A stretch of DNA of 64,000 bases from an uncultured Candidatus Rokubacteria bacterium (GTDB taxonomy: Bacteria > Methylomirabilota > Methylomirabilia > Rokubacteriales > CSP1-6), in NCBI GenBank assembly GCA_963771355.1, contig CAVYTA010000006.1, positions 1,600,001-1,664,000 on the forward strand, in the 5' to 3' direction. The notes beneath the pieces were generated by a model. That model ran no database searches, was not told the DNA's origin, and was given only the letters and a program-made list of their open reading frames with translations. Shown piece after piece: positions 59,514-64,000 of this stretch (positions are counted from its first letter, which is position 1; the number at the start of each line of letters is the position of its first letter). A program made the position numbers and the translations under genes.

Positions 59514-61642
59514 CAGCCCACGCTCGCGAGATCGAGCTTGCCGCGCCAGCGGGCGAGGAGCGCCGTCCGCAGGGCCCGATGCTCGGGCCGGGCCAGCTCG
59601 GGATCCGTCGCCACCAGGGCGAAGGCGTCTCCCCGCGCTTCCTCGAGGAGGACGCCGTCGCGGAGGAGATCGGCCACGCGAAAGGCGGGCAGGCCGGACT
59701 GCCGCGTGCCGAAGAAGTCGCCGGGACCGCGGATGCCGAGATCCGCCTCCGCGATGCGAAAGCCGTCGCCGGTCTCTTCCATCGCCGCCAGCCGTCGGCG
59801 GGCGTCCTCGGAGGCGCCCTGGCTCATGAGGATGCAGTAGCTCTTCCACTCCCCTCGCCCCACCCGCCCCCGCAGCTGATGCAGCTGGGAGAGGCCGAAG
59901 CGCTCCGCGTGCTCGATGACCATGACGCTGGCATTGGGCACGTCGATTCCCACCTCGATGACGGTGGTGGAAACGAGCAGATGAATGGCGCCGCGCCGGA
60001 AGTCCGCCATTACCGCGTCCTTGTCCGCGAAGCTCATGCGCCCGTGGAGCAGGCCCACCTGGAACTCCGGGAACACCTCCGCCCGCAGCCGCTCCGCCAT
60101 CGCGGTGGCGGCGCGCAGGTCGAGCACCTCGGACTCCTCGACCAGTGGATAGACAACGTAGACCTGGCGGCCCGCCTGCATCTCGGCGCGGAGAAAGTCG
60201 TAGACGCGCGGCCGACCCTTCTCGTCGCGGATACCGGTGACGATGCGCTGCCGGCCCGGCGGCATCTCGTCCAGCACCGACACGTCGAGGTCGCCGTAGA
60301 GGGTCAGGGCGAGCGTGCGGGGGATGGGCGTCGCCGTCATGACGAGCACGTCCGGCGTCTCCCCCTTGCCCCGCAGCGTGGCGCGCTGCACGACGCCGAA
60401 GCGATGCTGCTCGTCCACCACCGCCAGCCCCAGGCGCTTGAAGCCCACTGCCTTCTGGACGAGTGCGTGGGTGCCGACCACGCAGCCCACCGCCCCCGCC
60501 CGTAGCGCCTCCAGCCGCTCGCGGCGGGCCTTGCCGCGCGTGGCGTTGGTCAGGAGGGTCACGGTGAGGCCGAGCGGCGCCAGGATCCGATCCAGGGTCA
60601 GCGCGTGCTGCTCGGCGAGGATCTCGGTGGGCGCCATGAGGGCGGCCTGATAGCCGGCCTCGATCGCGGTGACGATGGCCAGGCAGGCCACCACGGTCTT
60701 GCCCGAGCCCACGTCGCCCTGAAGGAGCCGGTTCATCGGGAAGGGCGCCGCCATGTCCGCTCGGATCTCCTTCCACACTCGCTCCTGGGCGGCGGTGAGC
60801 GAGTACGGCAGGGCCGCCTGCAGGCGCCGGGCGAGGTCGCCGGCGGGCCGGATCGCCAGCCCGGGCCGACGTCCCTCCCGGCGGCGGCGGATGGCGAGCC
60901 CCAGCTCCAGGAGGAAGAAATCGTCGAAGACCAGGCGCCGCATGCCCGCCACGCGCTCGGCCTCGGTGGCGGGAAAATGTCCGGCGCGCAGCGCCTCGCC
61001 GATGGGGAGGAGCCGGCGGCGCGCGCGGATGGGCTCCGGCAGGGACTCGGGCAGGGCGCCGGCATGGGCATCGACGAGCCGCTTGAGCAGGGTGCGGAGG
61101 GGCCGCTGGGGAAGTCCGCCGGTGAGCGGATACACGGGCACCAGCCGGCCGGTATGGATCGTCTCGTCCTCGGCATCCTCGACGATCTCGTAGTCCTCGA
61201 CGCGCATCTCCAGCGCGCCGCTGCCGCGGTTCGGGGGCTGTATCTTGCCGTGGACGATGAGGCGCTGACCGCGCGCGAAGACCCGCGCGAGATAGGGCTG
61301 GCGGAACCAGACCGCCCGGAGGAACCCCGTCGCGTCCCTCAGGGTGACGAAGAGCGGGACCTGCGGCCGGCCGCGCGGGGGCGGGCTCACGCCCGCGATG
61401 GTGCCCGCGCAGGTTCGCGGCTCGGGGCCCACCGCCAGCCGGCCCAGGGGCGTGAGCCGGCTACGATCCTCGTGACGGCGGGGGAGGTGCAGGAGGGCGT
61501 CGGCCACTGTGGTCAGCCCCAGCTTTTCCAGGAGCTTGGCGCGCTGGGGCCCCACGCCCTTGACGAACTGGAGCGGGGTGTCGATGCCGGTCGGCCCCTC
61601 CGCGGGCGCGGACGGGGGGGCTACCGGGCGCTGCCGCCTCAT
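59513..61642 (-). CDS. recG: ATP-dependent DNA helicase RecG
   Basis: RLLQGDVGSGKT, DEQHRFG, MTATPIPRTL, QLHQLRGRVGRG. Confidence 0.97.
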   Translation of the reverse strand: MRRQRPVAPPSAPAEGPTGIDTPLQFVKGVGPQRAKLLEKLGLTTVADALLHLPRRHEDRSRLTPLGRLAVGPEPRTCAGTIAGVSPPPRGRPQVPLFVTLRDATGFLRAVWFRQPYLARVFARGQRLIVHGKIQPPNRGSGALEMRVEDYEIVEDAEDETIHTGRLVPVYPLTGGLPQRPLRTLLKRLVDAHAGALPESLPEPIRARRRLLPIGEALRAGHFPATEAERVAGMRRLVFDDFFLLELGLAIRRRREGRRPGLAIRPAGDLARRLQAALPYSLTAAQERVWKEIRADMAAPFPMNRLLQGDVGSGKTVVACLAIVTAIEAGYQAALMAPTEILAEQHALTLDRILAPLGLTVTLLTNATRGKARRERLEALRAGAVGCVVGTHALVQKAVGFKRLGLAVVDEQHRFGVVQRATLRGKGETPDVLVMTATPIPRTLALTLYGDLDVSVLDEMPPGRQRIVTGIRDEKGRPRVYDFLRAEMQAGRQVYVVYPLVEESEVLDLRAATAMAERLRAEVFPEFQVGLLHGRMSFADKDAVMADFRRGAIHLLVSTTVIEVGIDVPNASVMVIEHAERFGLSQLHQLRGRVGRGEWKSYCILMSQGASEDARRRLAAMEETGDGFRIAEADLGIRGPGDFFGTRQSGLPAFRVADLLRDGVLLEEARGDAFALVATDPELARPEHRALRTALLARWRGKLDLASVG

Positions 61643-61744
61643 GGCCAATCGGTTGCCTCGCTCTCGGCCCCCATGCTATAAAAAGGGCGCCCCATCCGAC
61701 AACCTCGTCGGGACCCTGTCCGTCGCCACTACGAAGGAGCCGGT

Positions 61745-61936
61745 ATGTCTCAGCGCTGCGATGTCTGCGGGAAAGGCCCCGCCGTCGGCCACAAGATCAG
61801 CCATGCGCACAATGTCAGCTCCCGTCGCTGGTTGCCGAATCTCGTGAACATGCGCGCGCTCGTGAGCGGACGCGCCCAGCGCCTGCGCGTGTGCACCCGG
61901 TGCCTCAAGGCCGGCAAGGTAACCAAGGTCGTCTAG
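61745..61936 (+). CDS. rpmB: 50S ribosomal protein L28 (Zn-ribbon type)
   Basis: [16 protein letters not shown]...RRWLPNL...VCTRCLK. Confidence 0.96.
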   Translation: MSQRCDVCGKGPAVGHKISHAHNVSSRRWLPNLVNMRALVSGRAQRLRVCTRCLKAGKVTKVV

Positions 61937-61941
61937 ACACG

Positions 61942-61967
61942 AAAACGGGGGGCGAGCCGCCCCCCGT
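61942..61967 (-). terminator. intrinsic terminator, U-tract on the minus strand, between rpmB and the convergent transcript
   Basis: ACGGGGGGCG-GCT-CGCCCCCCGT followed by TTT on the minus strand. Confidence 0.75.
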
Positions 61968-62048
61968 CTCCGCCGATCTCAGCATAGGAAGTAAGGTAAG
62001 AGTCCCGGTGGGAGGCCGCCACCCCCCACCGCTCAGCACGAAGCAAAC

Positions 62049-62087
62049 TTACTTCTTCTTCTTCTTGGCCGCCTTCTTCTTCGCCAT
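62049..62087 (-). CDS. 12-aa Lys-rich micropeptide MAKKKAAKKKKK
   Basis: Perfect SD AAAGGAGGTGA 7 nt upstream of ATG; all Lys codons AAG; TAA stop. Confidence 0.65.
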   Translation of the reverse strand: MAKKKAAKKKKK

Positions 62088-62127
62088 GAGAGCGTCACCT
62101 CCTTTCGTGTGCGTTCCTCGGTGGTCC

Positions 62128-62196
62128 TTACTTGCGCTTCCCCTTCTTCGCCGCCTTCTTCTTTCCGCCCTTCTTCGCGGCCTTGCGCTTTTTCAT
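62128..62196 (-). CDS. 22-aa basic micropeptide MKKRKAAKKGGKKKAAKKGKRK
   Basis: Strong SD GAGGGGGTGA 8 nt upstream of ATG; TAA stop. Confidence 0.7.
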   Translation of the reverse strand: MKKRKAAKKGGKKKAAKKGKRK

Positions 62197-62223
62197 GGTT
62201 GGGCTCACCCCCTCTCGACTACC

Positions 62224-63270
62224 TCAGTACCCCATCGCCTCGCGCCGCAGATGGGCGGCCTGCTCCCGGCCGCGGCGCTCGTAGTGATAGAGGTCCACGT
62301 ATAGCTGCGGGAGGCAGACGACGGGCAGGCCTCCCTTGGTGATCGGGGCGTAGAAGACGCCTTCGTCGTACGGCTCGAGCAGGTTCACGTTCCCCTCACC
62401 CTCCGCGGGCCGCAGCCCGAGGCTCCGGACAATGGGCCCGGGATCGCCCTCCAGGTAGCAGTGAATGGCGGGAAAGCGCACGCTGGGCGCCACCAGCGCC
62501 GCACCCGAATGCAGGGTGAACGCATAGCGGCGGCCCTCCGCGTGGCATGCGCGCGCGACTTCGGCCACGAGCTTCCGGGTCATCCGCTCGGCCGAGAAGC
62601 ACGCCTCGACCCGATTCCGCCGATGGGTGTAGGCCTCGCGCCACCCCTCGAGCAGGTCCCCGGGCCGGCTCAGCCGGAATCGCTGATGCTCGTCCCGTTC
62701 CACCCAGGACAGGTCTTCCAGCCGCTTCACCACGTTGTGGGCATGCCCCAGGCTGACGTCCGCGCCCTTGGCCAGCTCTTCCAGCCGCCAGGCGTGCTGG
62801 GGATCGACGAGGAGCACCCGCGTGACACGTGTGGCCCGTGGCGCGAACAGCGAGCGTAACGGCCGCGTCGAGGGTCGGAGATTGGGCTTTCCGTCCTTCT
62901 CGATCAGCACATGATCGAAGGACAGATAACAGTTTCCCGAGAGATCTAGATAGCCGAGGCCGGTTCGCTTGAGAAGCGCCGCACTCTGGGGACTTACATA
63001 GTCGGCCACGACCACGGGATACGCCGACGGTACCTCCCGCCGCACCTCGCCAAGGCGGGTGATGGTCTCCCGAATCTGGCGTGGTTGTCCGACGGAACTG
63101 CTTTCGACGATCAGGGTCGACTCGGTGGTTCCCATCTTAAATCGAACCAGAAGATCAATGGTTTGCGAGCCGACGCGGAAGTCCGGATGCTCGTGCCAGC
63201 CGGTAGCTCGAGCAAACAGCTCCCGGAGCCGCTGTCCGGCGAATTGCTTGATGTTAACTGATTTAGCCAT
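62224..63270 (-). CDS. AbiEi-like (type IV TA antitoxin family) winged-helix regulator
   Basis: YLDLSGNC, central HTH (LEELAKGADVSLGHAHNVVKRL), GDLLEGW, GNVNLLEPYDEGVF, QLYVDL...RGREQA. Confidence 0.75.
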   Translation of the reverse strand: MAKSVNIKQFAGQRLRELFARATGWHEHPDFRVGSQTIDLLVRFKMGTTESTLIVESSSVGQPRQIRETITRLGEVRREVPSAYPVVVADYVSPQSAALLKRTGLGYLDLSGNCYLSFDHVLIEKDGKPNLRPSTRPLRSLFAPRATRVTRVLLVDPQHAWRLEELAKGADVSLGHAHNVVKRLEDLSWVERDEHQRFRLSRPGDLLEGWREAYTHRRNRVEACFSAERMTRKLVAEVARACHAEGRRYAFTLHSGAALVAPSVRFPAIHCYLEGDPGPIVRSLGLRPAEGEGNVNLLEPYDEGVFYAPITKGGLPVVCLPQLYVDLYHYERRGREQAAHLRREAMGY

Positions 63271-63279
63271 CGTTTCACT

Positions 63280-63336
63280 TGTTCCATAGGTTTCAGCGTC
63301 TGCTGAAACAATACGAACAGACGAAAGCCAAGTCAA
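63280..63336 (-). promoter_or_regulatory. sigma-70 promoter with overlapping inverted-repeat operator
   Basis: TTGACT (63336-63331), 17 bp spacer, TATTGT (63313-63308); IR GTTTCAGC-N4-GCTGAAAC (63290-63309) flanked by TGTTC/GAACA. Confidence 0.75.
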
Positions 63337-63368
63337 GCAAAAACCCGCGCGGAGGAGGCGGGGGGACG

Positions 63369-63740
63369 CTACGAGTCTTGTTCGATCCCGTCCATGGTCT
63401 CGTCGTCGAGACCGAAATAGTGGCCCACCTCGTGGACCACCACATCGCGGACGAGGTCCGTCATCTCGTCGGGGTCCGCGCAGTCCGCCTCGATGGGCCC
63501 CTGATAGATGTGGATGGTGTCAGGCAGGACATTGCCGTAGCCGGAGTCGCGCCGGGTCAGATCGATGCCGCGGTAGAGGCCGTAGAGCGTGTCGGGCGGC
63601 TCGATCCCCATCTCGGCGAGGGTGGCCGCATCGGCCCAGTCCTCCACCACCACCGCCACGTTGGCAATGCGGTCGCGGAAGCGGCGCGGCAGACGCCGCA
63701 GAGCCCGCGCCACCAAGGCCTCGAACTGCGCGCGCGTCAT
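63369..63740 (-). CDS. minimal zincin-like metallopeptidase family protein
   Basis: LYGLYRG, PDTIHIYQGPI, HEVGHYFG. Confidence 0.9.
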   Translation of the reverse strand: MTRAQFEALVARALRRLPRRFRDRIANVAVVVEDWADAATLAEMGIEPPDTLYGLYRGIDLTRRDSGYGNVLPDTIHIYQGPIEADCADPDEMTDLVRDVVVHEVGHYFGLDDETMDGIEQDS

Positions 63741-63757
63741 GCGGGGAGCGTGAAAGG

Positions 63758-64000
63758 CTAGAGCCCGCGCACGCGCTCGACGTTGAAGACGTCTTTGACC
63801 TCGCGGATGGCCTGGAGAATCGCCTGCAGCTGCTTGAGGTCTTCCACCTCGACCACGAAGTGGTTGATGCCCTTGCGGTCGTCGGTGACGGTGATGTCGG
63901 CCTTGGTGATGTTGCCGTGGCAGGACGAGATGGCGGCGGTGATCTCGGCCAGGAGACCGGGACGGTCCTGCTCGATGTACACCGCGATGCGCACCGGCCG
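63758..64000 (-). CDS. C-terminal ACT domain of a RelA/SpoT (p)ppGpp synthetase/hydrolase (partial)
   Basis: DRPGLLAEITAAIS...NI...FVVEVEDLKQL...V..VERV; ORF open to the window edge. Confidence 0.8.
   Translation of the reverse strand, partial: RPVRIAVYIEQDRPGLLAEITAAISSCHGNITKADITVTDDRKGINHFVVEVEDLKQLQAILQAIREVKDVFNVERVRGL

Noticed and set aside
62051..62190. (CTT)n microsatellite or phase-variation tract
   Set aside because: Explained as AAG Lys codons of two SD-led micro-ORFs on the minus strand

Overview
High-GC (about 70% by eye) bacterial chromosomal window, densely coding, with no tRNA, rRNA, CRISPR array or intact IS/integrase that I can see. Gene style is reminiscent of Candidatus Rokubacteria/Methylomirabilota, but that is an unverified impression. 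Contents in order: (1) 1-19.3 kb, minus-strand housekeeping/metabolic genes (PhnZ-like HD protein, fumC, MFS and BT1 transporters, a HK/NtrC pair, amidase with a small partner ORF, HugZ-like protein, CyaC-like ferredoxin-adenylate cyclase, pcaD, UvrD-nuclease fusion, sugar kinase). (2) 19.4-31.4 kb, a signalling locus: a low-GC cassette with a stand-alone FabF-like ketosynthase bearing an atypical Cys-His-Gln triad, followed by two 7TM-GAF-PAS histidine kinases, a recombination scar (duplicated kinase 3' end and a decayed MaoC-type dehydratase), a pseudo-kinase and a hybrid kinase. This is the best candidate for an undescribed signal-synthase/receptor (quorum-sensing-like) system. (3) ttuAB, NUDIX, an ECF sigma/anti-sigma pair. 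(4) 34.7-54 kb, aromatic catabolism joining 4-hydroxybenzoyl-CoA reductase (hcrCAB) to boxCB without boxA in the window, plus CoA ligases, a CoA transferase and an IOR-family oxidoreductase. (5) coxG-aspC-coaD-rsmD-recG, rpmB, an orphan AbiEi-like regulator followed by two unannotated Lys-rich micro-ORFs with very strong Shine-Dalgarno sites, a zincin and the 3' end of relA/spoT. Four apparent single-base frameshifts (about 4721, 45710, 46500, 56768) suggest assembly indels. All calls come from reading motifs by eye; no database searches were run.
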